DNA from: Campylobacterota bacterium
GTDB taxonomy: Bacteria > Campylobacterota > Campylobacteria > Campylobacterales > Sulfurimonadaceae
Reading direction: 5' to 3'
Assembly: GCA_034661055.1 (NCBI GenBank)
Contig: JAYEKO010000036.1
Location: 1 to 15,964 of the forward strand
Length of the DNA stretch: 15,964 nt
The notes under the pieces: model-generated
The model's input: only the letters and a program-made list of their open reading frames with translations
Told to the model about the DNA's origin: nothing
Database searches by the model: none
Made by a program: the position numbers and the translations under genes
Shown here: positions 1 to 10,365 of the stretch, in pieces
Position numbering within the stretch: the stretch's first letter is position 1
How the letters are laid out: every line of letters starts with the position of its first letter

Positions 1-10
1 CTTTTTTCAT
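1..10 (-). CDS. Start of next gene of the operon (partial, MKK...), runs off window
   Basis: ATG at 10-8 overlaps the asnB TGA stop (ATGA coupling); GGAGGGAG Shine-Dalgarno at about 19-26 on the minus strand. Only three codons are visible. Confidence 0.45.
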
Positions 11-1920
11 TGCAACTGCTCCCTCCACATAACATAGATAATTATCATCCATATAAAGGTTGGTTGACTTATCTCTCTTTTGAGACACTCATCAACAAGA
101 GATTTTAAGACATCAGGGTAAAAGATATCATCATGTTGTAGTATATCACTTTGTAGACTTCTAAGAGCTAAATCATTTAATTCTCCCTCCAGCCATTTTT
201 TAAGAGGAATGGCAAATCCTGATTTAGGTTTATCTACGAGTGAGGCTGGTACATAGTTATAAAGAATTTTTCTACTGAGGTATTTACCACTGCTATTTTT
301 GTACTTCAAAGAGAGAGGAACACGAGCAAGATACTCAATAATTCTATGGTCTAAAAGAGGTTCTCTTCCCTCAAGTGAGGTGCTCATTGTAGCTCTATCT
401 ATTTTAGTCAAAACATCATCAACCATAAATGTAGTGTAATCTACGGCCATCATTTTATCGCCAAAAGAGCTCTTTTTTAATGCTTTAACACGACTGAAAT
501 TGAGTTGTTCAAAACCTTTAAAAGCCCCCTGCTTTAAAGCTTTTTGTAAAAAAGACGAATCAACATAAGAGCTAGCATTAATAAACATACTATCTTCAGA
601 GGAAGCATTAAGTGCTCTTTGAAATTTAGAAAACTTGTCTATAATATTGGTCTGTCTTATATTTGATGGAAGATATTGATTGAGTTTTTGAACAAGATTC
701 ACAGAGATAAGCTTTGTGCTATATTTGAGTATTTTAAAGAGGAGTGGATGTAACAGTTTTAACTTTTGCAGAGCAAAATACTTACTGTAACCAAAAAATG
801 TCTCATCGCCTCCATCTGCTGAGAGTGCTACAGTGACATGCTGTTTTGCAAGTTTTGAAACAAGCATAGTAGCAATAGCAGAGCTATCTGCAAAAGGTTC
901 ATCATAATAGTAAGGTAAATCTTCAATGAGTGCTAATAAATCTTTCTCACTACAGTAATACTCGGTATGGTCTGTATGTAAATAGTTGGCAATACTTTTA
1001 GCGTGTTCTGCTTCATTAAATTCTGGATCTTGAAATCCTATGGTAAAGGTATTGAGTTGTGTGTCAGCACTTTTTTGCAAGATAGCAGTAACTAAAGATG
1101 AGTCGTAACCACCAGATAAAAAAATACCGACAGGAACATCAGAGACCATTCTTAAATTAAAAGCATCTGTTAGCAAGGCTTCTAAATCAGCAGTAATCTC
1201 CTCTTCACTCTTAGTAATTTTTTCCATGTTATAGAATTTAAAAATATCCCAGTATTTTACTATCTCAAAACTCTTGGTATGTAGGTCAAATTCAAGATAG
1301 TGACCAGGCTGGAGCTTATGGCTCTTCTTATAGATTGTAAACGGAGCAGGAATATACCCAAATTGAAAGTAAAAGGGCAAAATCTCCCTGTTGAGATCTT
1401 TAGTAAATTGAGGGTGTTTTAAAAAACTCTTTAGTTCTGATCCAAAAAGAAAGAGCTCCTCGTTTTGATAGTAATATAGTGGTTTAACACCGGCTCGGTC
1501 TCTAAAGAGGACTATCTTGTTTTTATGTTTATCATAAATACAAAATGCAAACATGCCAATAAATCTATCAACAGCTTGAGTACCCCACTCCATGTAAGCA
1601 TGCAGAATTACTTCAGTATCACTCGAGGAGTTAAAACTATAGTTTAATGTTAATAACTCGTCTTTAATTGCTTGGAAATTATAAATTTCTCCATTGTGGA
1701 TTATTACATAGTTTTTACATGTAGAAATAAAGGGTTGATGACCTCGTTGTGAAACATCTAGAATTGAGAGTCGTGCATGTGCAAAATGTAGTGTTGACGT
1801 ACCAACGTCATCGAGATACACTCCACTATCATCAGGACCGCGATGGGTAATGGTTTTGATCATTGATTCTAAAATATCAGGTTCTCTAGAACTGTTAATA
1901 AAACCTACTATTCCACACAT
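7..1920 (-). CDS. asnB: Asparagine synthase (glutamine-hydrolyzing) family amidotransferase, polysaccharide-locus type (WbpS/WbtH-like)
   Basis: 637 aa. N-terminal MCGI (Ntn catalytic Cys), HRGPD, HARLSILD, HQP, NGEIYN, SDTEV, RDRAGVKPLYY; synthetase motifs LSGGYDSS, SADGGDETF, REPLLD, KPKSGF. Confidence 0.95.
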   Translation of the reverse strand: MCGIVGFINSSREPDILESMIKTITHRGPDDSGVYLDDVGTSTLHFAHARLSILDVSQRGHQPFISTCKNYVIIHNGEIYNFQAIKDELLTLNYSFNSSSDTEVILHAYMEWGTQAVDRFIGMFAFCIYDKHKNKIVLFRDRAGVKPLYYYQNEELFLFGSELKSFLKHPQFTKDLNREILPFYFQFGYIPAPFTIYKKSHKLQPGHYLEFDLHTKSFEIVKYWDIFKFYNMEKITKSEEEITADLEALLTDAFNLRMVSDVPVGIFLSGGYDSSLVTAILQKSADTQLNTFTIGFQDPEFNEAEHAKSIANYLHTDHTEYYCSEKDLLALIEDLPYYYDEPFADSSAIATMLVSKLAKQHVTVALSADGGDETFFGYSKYFALQKLKLLHPLLFKILKYSTKLISVNLVQKLNQYLPSNIRQTNIIDKFSKFQRALNASSEDSMFINASSYVDSSFLQKALKQGAFKGFEQLNFSRVKALKKSSFGDKMMAVDYTTFMVDDVLTKIDRATMSTSLEGREPLLDHRIIEYLARVPLSLKYKNSSGKYLSRKILYNYVPASLVDKPKSGFAIPLKKWLEGELNDLALRSLQSDILQHDDIFYPDVLKSLVDECLKREISQPTFIWMIIIYVMWREQLQ

Positions 1921-3065
1921 AATAGCGCTTTATATTGGGATGCAATTCTATCAATACTAAACTCATATGCTCGCTCATAAGCAAGCATGCTGTAGTGTTC
2001 TCTTTTAGCAGGGCTTTGTAATAGTGTAGTAATGGCACGGTTCAGTGCAGAAGCGTCATTTACTGGGGTTAATATTCCATACTTTGATTCATGGATAGTC
2101 GTAATAGGCAATGCAGATACTTCAATATCTGGTGCTAAGATCTCTCTAGGCCCGCTAATACAGTCAGTAGATATAACAGCGGTGTGACAAAGCATTGCTT
2201 CAACTAAAACATTTGGAAACCCTTCTTGATGAGAAGATAAAACAAAAATATCGGAGTGTCTAATATATTTAAATGGATTGGATCTACTACCTAATAGATG
2301 GACTCTATCTGAGAGTGATTGTGAGGCTACATACTTAGTTAACGTGTCATGCTCCTCACCCTCACCAATAATAATAAGCTCTGTATTTACATGTAAATCT
2401 TTTATTGCATCTATAAGGGCGATGTGATTTTTCTGCTTTGAGAGCCGTCCCACAGTAACAACATACTGTTTCTCAGGAGTGAAAATAAAGTCAGTAACTG
2501 CTTCACGAGAGTCTGTTTCAATTTTTTTAATATCGTAAGGGTTATTAATAACGGTGGTATGCGTTGAGATAGGCATGAACTCTAACAGGTTATATCGCAT
2601 CTGTTGCGCTTTAAAAATAATGGTATCTGCATAGTTGTAGAGATGCTTAATTAAAAAAAGATTAACACGACCCGAAAGTCCATGTTTTTGAAAATAATCT
2701 ACACTAATTACATCAACAATCTGTACCTTGTAGTCTCTCTTAACTCTACTTGCAAGCAGATTAATATAGTTGGCACGAAATATATGGCTTTGAACCGTAT
2801 GTACACGATTCTTAAAGAGATAGATAAGAAACCTTATAAGAAGCACCGGTAACCATAGAATTTTAACAACTCCAGATTCCTCTCCATTTAAACTAGAGAG
2901 GTAGGTAACCTTTATCTCCTTGTCGAGTTCTTGAATACTATTTCTCTCCAGGCAGACTAGTTCTACATTAAGACCCTCCTTATGAAGGGCAGATAGTAGG
3001 AGTGTAATAACTTTTTCGGATCCGCCATGCGTTAGTGAGTTAATGAGAAACACTATTTTAGGCAT
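1908..3065 (-). CDS. GT4 glycosyltransferase (PglJ-like, GT-B fold)
   Basis: LINSLTHGGSEK N-terminus, VGRLSKQKN, EGFPNVLVE (EX7E), SGPREIL. Start placed at ATG 3065 (MPKIVF), overlapping the wzy stop; the ORF track extends it to 3095. Confidence 0.9.
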   Translation of the reverse strand: MPKIVFLINSLTHGGSEKVITLLLSALHKEGLNVELVCLERNSIQELDKEIKVTYLSSLNGEESGVVKILWLPVLLIRFLIYLFKNRVHTVQSHIFRANYINLLASRVKRDYKVQIVDVISVDYFQKHGLSGRVNLFLIKHLYNYADTIIFKAQQMRYNLLEFMPISTHTTVINNPYDIKKIETDSREAVTDFIFTPEKQYVVTVGRLSKQKNHIALIDAIKDLHVNTELIIIGEGEEHDTLTKYVASQSLSDRVHLLGSRSNPFKYIRHSDIFVLSSHQEGFPNVLVEAMLCHTAVISTDCISGPREILAPDIEVSALPITTIHESKYGILTPVNDASALNRAITTLLQSPAKREHYSMLAYERAYEFSIDRIASQYKALLCVE

Positions 3066-4407
3066 CTTGTGAACTCTTCTTAAAATAGAACTCAAAACTT
3101 AATACCATCATAAGAACAAAGACAATAAATGAGGTACTGTAGAGTGTTAGTTTTGGAACACCTGAGCGGACTGCTGAGAACATATCAATCATAATAAAAG
3201 CGTAAAAGATAGAAAAAGCGATATCTTTTTTTCTCATTGATATGAAGAGTGTATCAAGTTTTTTAATTATAAAGCCAAACGTGAGCCCTACGCCAATAGT
3301 GCCAATAATGCCAAAAGAGTAGTAGCTAAATGCGAGTAATCCTGGTGGAACAATTGATTTATATTCACCATTGAAATAGTAGGTGTTGAGCTCCATAGTA
3401 GAGATAGAGAACTCCTGTAGCCATGAAAAAGGGACAATATTTCCTCGTAAACCATAAATAAAGTCATCAAAGAGTAAAAAAGTGTATTCTCTATTTAAAG
3501 CAAACTCCAGACTAATCTGCGGGAAGGTGAAGTACTCTAAAAACTTTAAAACAGAGAAGAATTGAATATTTGCAAAACTGAGATCTTGTCTTGAATCTAT
3601 TAGAGTGTCCATAACAGGAAGAGCAAAATAGAGCAGAACTGCAAAGAGAGTAAGAGGCAGAAGATAGGATGATTTAGCGCGAATTGAGAGATAAAAAATA
3701 ATAAGTAGCGCAATGTCAATGATAGACTCTTTCCCAGAAAATAGAAATACTCTTGAGACAAGCGTTGTGATGAGGGGAATAATCAAGAGAAAAATAATAT
3801 AAAAGAGGTTGCTTTTTTGTTTAATAAAGAAAAAAATAGTAAAACTAATAAGAGAGAGGTAGATAAAACGGTTGACAAAAATATATTGACTTGAGAGTGC
3901 GGCATCATCAACATAACCGGCATTGACCCAGTTGGCATAGTAGATAGCCTGCTCAAACCCACCAAATTGTGAAGCGTAGATGAACATAGAGATAAACGAT
4001 AAGAGCGACAAGAAGATGCCAATACTCTTAACAACGGAGAGTTTAAAGAGTGAAAAATCGAGATATCTCTCTTTAACCTTAATGAGTATATGGTGTTGTG
4101 TCGTTGCAAAGTAGCTGCCGGTAAAAAAGCCAAAAAGAGCAATTAGAACTATGCTAAAAGAGGTGAAACTATAGGCACTAAAGTAGGTAGAGTAGAGATC
4201 AAGATCTGGACTTGAATATTCTTGAAATATAAAGTTATGATTAATAATAAAACTAATAGGAATAACAACATAAAATAGAATAAAGAGGCTGAGAAAAAAG
4301 GTCTCTAAGCTCCACCCTTCTTGAATGTTTTTGTATATATAAAGAGAGAGTAGGCAAAAAACTGTAATATAGCATAGTAGCAATACAGCATTTAAAAAGA
4401 CTTCCAT
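3058..4407 (-). CDS. wzy: Putative O-antigen/oligosaccharide repeat-unit polymerase (Wzy-like)
   Basis: About 450 aa, very hydrophobic with many apparent TM segments, located between glycosyltransferases in a Wzx-containing cluster; PPGLLAFSYYSFGIIG segment resembles Wzy C-terminal regions. ATG at 4407 preferred over GTG at 4413. Call rests on topology and context. Confidence 0.7.
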   Translation of the reverse strand: MEVFLNAVLLLCYITVFCLLSLYIYKNIQEGWSLETFFLSLFILFYVVIPISFIINHNFIFQEYSSPDLDLYSTYFSAYSFTSFSIVLIALFGFFTGSYFATTQHHILIKVKERYLDFSLFKLSVVKSIGIFLSLLSFISMFIYASQFGGFEQAIYYANWVNAGYVDDAALSSQYIFVNRFIYLSLISFTIFFFIKQKSNLFYIIFLLIIPLITTLVSRVFLFSGKESIIDIALLIIFYLSIRAKSSYLLPLTLFAVLLYFALPVMDTLIDSRQDLSFANIQFFSVLKFLEYFTFPQISLEFALNREYTFLLFDDFIYGLRGNIVPFSWLQEFSISTMELNTYYFNGEYKSIVPPGLLAFSYYSFGIIGTIGVGLTFGFIIKKLDTLFISMRKKDIAFSIFYAFIMIDMFSAVRSGVPKLTLYSTSFIVFVLMMVLSFEFYFKKSSQDA

Positions 4408-4419
4408 GACCACCCTTAA

Positions 4420-5514
4420 TTAAATTGTCTGAAATATATCCTCATACTCTTTTATGACCTTGTCAATATTATAACTCGTTATTATTGTATTTTTAATTAG
4501 TTGTTTCTCAAATGGGAATTTTGAGGCTAAGTGTATGGTTGTTGCGAGGAGTTCTATGTCACCGTCTTGAACTAAAAAACCGTTAATTTTATCATTAATA
4601 ATCTCTGCTGTTCCTCCAGGCGAGTTGAATGCTACAACAGGAAGACCACAGCTATTGGCCTCAAGTACAACATTAGGAAGTCCCTCAAAACGAGAAGGAA
4701 GAATAAGAAGGTCTGCTTGACTCATATAGCTGTAAGGATTTGATTGGTAGCCAAGAAAAGAGACCCTGTCGGTAATGTTTAGGTCATGGGAGAGTTGCTT
4801 AAGTTCTTGTAAAAGAGAGCCATCACCCAAAATACTTAGATGAAATGTTGAATCAAGCTGTGCCATAGCGTGCAGAAGACGATCGAGCCCTTTTTGGTAA
4901 TTAAGTCTCCCTACGCAAAGTAGGTTGACTCTATTTTTTATGGGGTATGACGTGGGGGTCTCTTGAGAATAGGCTCTGATTTTTGCAACGTTTACAGGAT
5001 TATAAATTACATGTATTTTCTGTTTAGCAATTTCATAGTTTACAACAAGATCATTTTTCATATATTCTGATTGCGCAATGATAAGCTCAAAGTTTTTATA
5101 AAATCTTCTATAGAGCCAATTGAAGAGTCTTGGAAATTTCTCTTGAGGGTTCTTAATACTCACAGTATTGGACTCTCTAGCAATAAAGTGTATCTCCTTT
5201 TTAAATAGAGGAATAAAACAGGAGATAATAAGGTTTAAGTATCCAAAAGCTGAAAAGACAATGTCTGGAGAGAGGGTATGAATGGCTTTGATAATTTTAA
5301 AAATGGCATATCGGGCATGCTTGGTCTTTAAATCAATAACTTTTACATCATCAGGAATCTCATCGGCTAATGGACCCTCTCTTGAAAGAAGCAGTAATGA
5401 GGGAATGAATTTCTCTCTGCTGAGGTGCTGTAAAATATTTAAAACAACTCTCTCAGCACCGCCTCCATTAGGAGAGGGAAGAATAAAAAGAATACTTTTT
5501 TTACTGCTTGACAT
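4420..5514 (-). CDS. GT4 glycosyltransferase
   Basis: 364 aa; ILPSPNGGGAERV, VGRLNYQKG, EGLPNVVLE (EX7E), SPGGTAEII. Confidence 0.9.
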   Translation of the reverse strand: MSSSKKSILFILPSPNGGGAERVVLNILQHLSREKFIPSLLLLSREGPLADEIPDDVKVIDLKTKHARYAIFKIIKAIHTLSPDIVFSAFGYLNLIISCFIPLFKKEIHFIARESNTVSIKNPQEKFPRLFNWLYRRFYKNFELIIAQSEYMKNDLVVNYEIAKQKIHVIYNPVNVAKIRAYSQETPTSYPIKNRVNLLCVGRLNYQKGLDRLLHAMAQLDSTFHLSILGDGSLLQELKQLSHDLNITDRVSFLGYQSNPYSYMSQADLLILPSRFEGLPNVVLEANSCGLPVVAFNSPGGTAEIINDKINGFLVQDGDIELLATTIHLASKFPFEKQLIKNTIITSYNIDKVIKEYEDIFQTI

Positions 5515-6532
5515 TCTTTATGTACCATTTAATACTCTGCTGCATACCTTCATCAATAGTATGGCTTGGCAGGTAGCCTAAGAGCTCTTTTGCTTTATTA
5601 ATATTAGCATTGGAGTGGCGGATATCTCCTGCTCTGAAATCTTCATATAGAGCCTCTTTAGCATTAAAATCAGGAAGCTCTTTTTTGAGCTGTTTTACAA
5701 TAAGGTCATAGAGTTCATTTAGTGTTGTCTGAGCGCTTACTGCAATGTTAAATACTTCAGATATAGCATCTTTGTTTTGTGTAGTGGCAGCCAAAAGGTT
5801 TGCTTGAATGACATTGTCAATATAGCAAAAATCCCGGCTTGTCTCTCCATCACCATAAATAGTAACATCTTGACCATGCAGAAGTGCCTGAATCCATTTA
5901 GGAATAACAGCAGCGTAAGCACCCAAAGGATCTTGTCGTTTTCCAAAGACATTAAAATAGCGTAAGCCGATGGTGTTGATGCCATAAGACCTGCTAAAGA
6001 CGTCAGCGTAAAGTTCATTCACCCGTTTTGTAACAGCATAGGGAGAGAGGAGGTTTCCTGTTCTTGATTCTACTTTAGGAAGTTCTGGGGAGTCACCATA
6101 CACAGAGCTTGAACTAGCATAAACAAATCTAGTAACATCGGCATCTTTTGCAGCAGTAAGAAGATTCAAAAACCCTGTTACATTTGATAGGTTAGAGGTG
6201 ATAGGGTCTTTAAGTGAACGCGGAACAGATCCTAAAGCAGCCTGATGCAAGATAATATCAACATTGTGACAGATTTTTTTACATGTAGAATAATCGCAGA
6301 TATCACCCTCAACAAAAGTAAAGTTCTTATGAAATTCTGTATCTATGCTGTTTCGTATAGCATCTATATTTTTTTGATGTCCTGTAGAGAAATTATCAAG
6401 TCCAATCACTTTTTGATTATGACGTAGTAAAAATTCTGCTAAATTTGAACCGATAAAGCCGGCACATCCTGTAACTAACCACTGTCTCTGCTGGGTTTTA
6501 AAAGATTCTAAAAGAGTGTTAAATTGACTCAT
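5501..6532 (-). CDS. tviC: UDP-GlcNAc/UDP-GlcNAcA C4-epimerase (TviC/WbpP family SDR)
   Basis: [42 protein letters not shown] (YxxxK), LRYFNVFG, YAAVIPKW, GDGETSRDF. Start at ATG 6532, 1 nt after the tviB stop. Confidence 0.9.
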   Translation of the reverse strand: MSQFNTLLESFKTQQRQWLVTGCAGFIGSNLAEFLLRHNQKVIGLDNFSTGHQKNIDAIRNSIDTEFHKNFTFVEGDICDYSTCKKICHNVDIILHQAALGSVPRSLKDPITSNLSNVTGFLNLLTAAKDADVTRFVYASSSSVYGDSPELPKVESRTGNLLSPYAVTKRVNELYADVFSRSYGINTIGLRYFNVFGKRQDPLGAYAAVIPKWIQALLHGQDVTIYGDGETSRDFCYIDNVIQANLLAATTQNKDAISEVFNIAVSAQTTLNELYDLIVKQLKKELPDFNAKEALYEDFRAGDIRHSNANINKAKELLGYLPSHTIDEGMQQSIKWYIKNVKQ

Positions 6533-6533
6533 G

Positions 6534-7793
6534 CTACAGCCTTGCATCTACAATATCACGAGGTAAAAAAGATTTAATATCATAAATTACCTGTCTCTCT
6601 TGCTTATTAAGCTCAAGTGTTTTAAACTCTTCATGGGCTACAGCAAGGACGATGCTATGGTACTCTTGAAATTGGGGATTGTCTATAAGAGTAACTCCAT
6701 ACTCCTCTTTGACCTCACTGCTTTCAGCCCAAGGGTCATAAACATCAGTGTTACAACCAAATTCTTGAAGTTCGTTAATGACATCAATAACATGAGAGTT
6801 TCGAATATCAGGACAGTTCTCTTTAAACGTAATTCCTAAAATTAGTACTTGGCTCTCATTAACAGGTATGCTCTTTTTAATCATTAGTTTAATGATCTGG
6901 CTGGCAATATAGACACCCATATTATCATTTAATGTACGGCCAGCCAGAATAATTTTTGGATCGTAACCGACATCTTGTGCTTTTTGGGTTAAATAGTAAG
7001 GGTCTACACCAATACAGTGACCACCTACAAGACCAGGCTGAAAAGGTATGAAGTTCCATTTTGTTGCTGCTGCAGCAAGAACATCAGAGGTGTCAATATT
7101 TAGTTTATTAAAAATAATGGCGAGCTCATTCATAAAGGCTATATTGATATCACGTTGGGAGTTTTCAATAACTTTGGCTGCTTCGGCCACTTTTATTGAA
7201 GGGGCTAAATGTGTTCCGGCAACAATAATACTTTGGTATAGTTCATCTACTCTCTTACCTATTTCAGGAGTACTTCCTGAGGTCACTTTTAAGATCTGCG
7301 TAACGGTATGCTGCTTGTCACCTGGATTAATACGTTCTGGAGAGTAGCCGCAGAAGAAATCTCGATTATATTTCAAATGGCTTCCCTTTTCCAAAATAGG
7401 GACACACTGCTCCTCAGTTGCACCAGGAAAAACTGTAGACTCATAAATAACAATATCATCTTTTTTCAGTATATTTGAGATGGCAGCACTTGCTTTAAGT
7501 AGTGGTGTAAGATCAGGTTGTTTATGAGAGTCAATAGGAGTTGGAACAGAGACAATATAGACATTGCATGATGCAATCTCTTCTATGTCCGCAGTAAAAG
7601 AGAGTGTATGGTTTTTTAAGACCTCTTGCAGATAATGTTCCTGAACCTCTAAAGTTTTATCTACACCTTGATTAAGTTCATCAACTCTTTGGGGTAGGAG
7701 ATCGTATCCGATAGTCTCATATTTTTTCCCAAACTCAACAGCTAGCGGTAATCCTACATATCCTAAGCCAATGATTGCTATTTTAGTTTTCAT
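6534..7793 (-). CDS. tviB: UDP-N-acetylglucosamine/galactosamine C6-dehydrogenase (TviB/WbpO/CapL family)
   Basis: 419 aa; [57 protein letters not shown] (catalytic Cys), [14 protein letters not shown]. Confidence 0.92.
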   Translation of the reverse strand: MKTKIAIIGLGYVGLPLAVEFGKKYETIGYDLLPQRVDELNQGVDKTLEVQEHYLQEVLKNHTLSFTADIEEIASCNVYIVSVPTPIDSHKQPDLTPLLKASAAISNILKKDDIVIYESTVFPGATEEQCVPILEKGSHLKYNRDFFCGYSPERINPGDKQHTVTQILKVTSGSTPEIGKRVDELYQSIIVAGTHLAPSIKVAEAAKVIENSQRDINIAFMNELAIIFNKLNIDTSDVLAAAATKWNFIPFQPGLVGGHCIGVDPYYLTQKAQDVGYDPKIILAGRTLNDNMGVYIASQIIKLMIKKSIPVNESQVLILGITFKENCPDIRNSHVIDVINELQEFGCNTDVYDPWAESSEVKEEYGVTLIDNPQFQEYHSIVLAVAHEEFKTLELNKQERQVIYDIKSFLPRDIVDARL

Positions 7794-8859
7794 CTGTAAC
7801 CTTTCTCTCTTTTGTATAAAAATTTTGATACCACGTCACAAACTTGTCTATTCCCTCTTCTAAAGATGTTTTAGGTGTGTAGCCTAAGTCATGCATAAGA
7901 CCGCCGACATCGGCATAGGTTGAGACAACATCACCGTCTTGTAGGTCTGACATTATTTTGGTAGCGGTACGACCTAATTTTTTCTCAAGTAGTGTAATAA
8001 ATTCCATAAGATTTACTGGTGAATTGTGACCTATATTGTACAGTTTATAAGGGGCTATAGAGCTTTGAATTTCTGGATTTTTTGCATTCCAGTCAGGATT
8101 TTTTTTAGCGGGGTTGTTGATGACCTTAATACACCCTTGTACAACATCATCAACATAGGTAAAATCACGACTCATGTTTCCGTGATTAAAGACTTTGAGT
8201 TCACGGTTATTGCTTATAGCATCTGCAAAGATTATGGGTGCCATATCAGGTCTGCCATAAGGTCCATATACGGTGAAAAAACGTAAGCCTGTAGCGCTTA
8301 TGCCGTAAAGATGACTGTAAGAGTGTGCCATCATCTCATTAGATTTTTTTGTTGCCGCATAGAGGCTAACGGGATGTTCTGTTGTATCTGAAGTTTTAAA
8401 TGGCTGCGACTCATTTAGTCCGTAAACAGAAGAGCTTGAGGCAAATGAGAGGTTCATAATTTTTTGGTGTCGGCATCCCTCTAAGATGTTTAGAAAACCT
8501 ACAATGTTGCTTTGTGTATAGGCATGGGGGTTCTCTAAAGAGTAGCGCACACCGGCTTGTGCTGCTAGATGGCATACAGCATCAAAATACTCCTCTTTAA
8601 AAAAATTATCCATTGCTTCTGTGTCTGCTATGTCAAGTTTAATAAACTGATGAAGCGTAAAAGAGGAAGACGTTACCAGTACATTGTTACTAATCTCTTT
8701 CTTATCAATACCGAGCTCTTGAAGCCGGGCATATTTCAAATTTACATCATAATAGTCATTAATATTATCTAGTCCAATAACCTCATGACCAAGTTCTAGT
8801 AGTTTTTTTGCTAAATGAAATCCAATAAAACCTGCACTTCCTGTTACTAAAATTCTCAT
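7783..8859 (-). CDS. UDP-glucuronate 4-epimerase family SDR (CapI/Uge/LpsL-like)
   Basis: 358 aa; [70 protein letters not shown]. Confidence 0.9.
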   Translation of the reverse strand: MRILVTGSAGFIGFHLAKKLLELGHEVIGLDNINDYYDVNLKYARLQELGIDKKEISNNVLVTSSSFTLHQFIKLDIADTEAMDNFFKEEYFDAVCHLAAQAGVRYSLENPHAYTQSNIVGFLNILEGCRHQKIMNLSFASSSSVYGLNESQPFKTSDTTEHPVSLYAATKKSNEMMAHSYSHLYGISATGLRFFTVYGPYGRPDMAPIIFADAISNNRELKVFNHGNMSRDFTYVDDVVQGCIKVINNPAKKNPDWNAKNPEIQSSIAPYKLYNIGHNSPVNLMEFITLLEKKLGRTATKIMSDLQDGDVVSTYADVGGLMHDLGYTPKTSLEEGIDKFVTWYQNFYTKERKVTDEN

Positions 8860-10235
8860 CTCTCTTCCTTGTTCGAAAGTTTAGAAATAGTGTATAAAAA
8901 CTTCCCTGTTTCTGTCTTTGCAATATGCTCTACAAATTCAAAACGTATTTTACATGTATCTCCCATGACGACTTTTATTTTCTCTTCTAGGAGTTCTAAG
9001 TCTTCTTTGGGAATATCACCATGCTTTACTATTTTTATGATAATAAGATCAAGGGCTTCTTGTATCACTTGATAGGACTCAATATATCCATGATTACAAC
9101 GAACACCAAGTAAAAATTTAAAAAAGATTGGAGTGATAACATCACCACTCATAGTTTTAAACATGTCTGTAGTTCGTCCAACTACCTCTTGAAGTTTTGG
9201 ATAGGTGCAGCCACAACTGCACAGTTTGTACTCTTGCATAATGGCAATATCACTCATTTTATAGCGTATGAGAGGCATAGAGAAATTATCAAGAGTGGTA
9301 ATAACTATCTCTCCCTGTTCTCCTGTTTTGGCAGGCTGTCCACTACTGTTTATTACCTCAACGAGGGTATGGTCCATCATTATGTGGAGCCCATTATGCT
9401 CACTACACTCTGAAGCAATAGCGCCAGTTTCTCTACAGCCGTAATGATCAAAAACTTCACATTTAAATACTGACTTAATTGCCTCTCTCATATAAGGGTA
9501 TAGTGTACTAGCTGCAGTGTGAATAGCGTGCTGTTTTTTAATAGGGATATTATGCTCTTTAGCAAAAATAGCAAGCTCATAGATGGATTGAGCGTAGGTA
9601 ACAATTATTTGAGGCTTATGGTTATTAATAAGTTCTATATAGTGATGCATATCTTGAGACGACATCTTAAAACTGTTAAGTACAATTCGATTTCTACAGA
9701 AGTCTTTAAGCTTCTCAGAGATGGGCTTTGTATCACCAAAAGTATCTCTTGGTGCTCCCCAAATGGTTATTTCAGAGTCATAAGGAGTAGCACCCCTCCA
9801 CGATTTAACAAGATGAAAGTTTGCAATATTATTAATGTTATAGAGCTTGTCTTGCAAAAAATACAGAGGCTCTCCGGTGGAGCCTCCCGAACGGTTTATA
9901 AAACTATTTCTTGAATTATGATCGTCAGAGTGAAGGTTATACTGTTGATCTCTTATGATTGATTTTCTTAAAAAAGGAAGAGCTGTTATCTGATTAAGTG
10001 AGGTAAGTTCAAACACTCCATCTATAAGTAAGTCAGACTCTTTAAATACGTTTTTATAGTATGGCACATGCTTATAGGCATGATTTAGGAGAGCATTTAG
10101 TTTTTGTAGTTGTAAAGCTTCGTTACGCTGTTTAGAGAACTGAGAAGTAGCAGAAAGTTCACGAAACTTTTTTAACTCATAGTGCTCTCTGCATAATAAA
10201 TAGAAAAAGTTCAAATATTTTTGAAGTATTAACAT
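8856..10235 (-). CDS. Phenylacetate-CoA ligase family adenylate-forming enzyme (CapK-like)
   Basis: 459 aa; HAYKHVPYY, LPFLRK, SGGSTGEP (A3 loop), YGCRETG, GEIVITTL, PLIRYKMSD, CSCG, VGRTTD, GKF. GAGGAG RBS at 10245-10250. Confidence 0.88.
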   Translation of the reverse strand: MLILQKYLNFFYLLCREHYELKKFRELSATSQFSKQRNEALQLQKLNALLNHAYKHVPYYKNVFKESDLLIDGVFELTSLNQITALPFLRKSIIRDQQYNLHSDDHNSRNSFINRSGGSTGEPLYFLQDKLYNINNIANFHLVKSWRGATPYDSEITIWGAPRDTFGDTKPISEKLKDFCRNRIVLNSFKMSSQDMHHYIELINNHKPQIIVTYAQSIYELAIFAKEHNIPIKKQHAIHTAASTLYPYMREAIKSVFKCEVFDHYGCRETGAIASECSEHNGLHIMMDHTLVEVINSSGQPAKTGEQGEIVITTLDNFSMPLIRYKMSDIAIMQEYKLCSCGCTYPKLQEVVGRTTDMFKTMSGDVITPIFFKFLLGVRCNHGYIESYQVIQEALDLIIIKIVKHGDIPKEDLELLEEKIKVVMGDTCKIRFEFVEHIAKTETGKFLYTISKLSNKEER

Positions 10236-10257
10236 TGACTTCTTCTCCTCTTATACT

Positions 10258-10266
10258 ATTGTACCA
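10258..10266 (-). promoter_or_regulatory. Putative extended -10 sigma70 promoter for the capK-like to asnB operon
   Basis: TGGTACAAT (TGn-TACAAT) on the minus strand, 7 nt upstream of the GAGGAG RBS, in the 130-bp divergent intergenic region. Confidence 0.5.
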
Positions 10267-10365
10267 AAATTATTGTGAAATCTAACATTTTTTAGAGGTG
10301 TCCTAAAGTGTATTTAATCATTTCTAGCCTAGAATTAAAAGAAAATTTAACACAAAAGATGACTG

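Noticed and set aside
7..1920. asnB as a housekeeping asparagine biosynthesis gene
   Set aside because: It is translationally coupled within a glycosyltransferase operon containing uronic-acid genes, so sugar amidation is the more likely role, though unproven.
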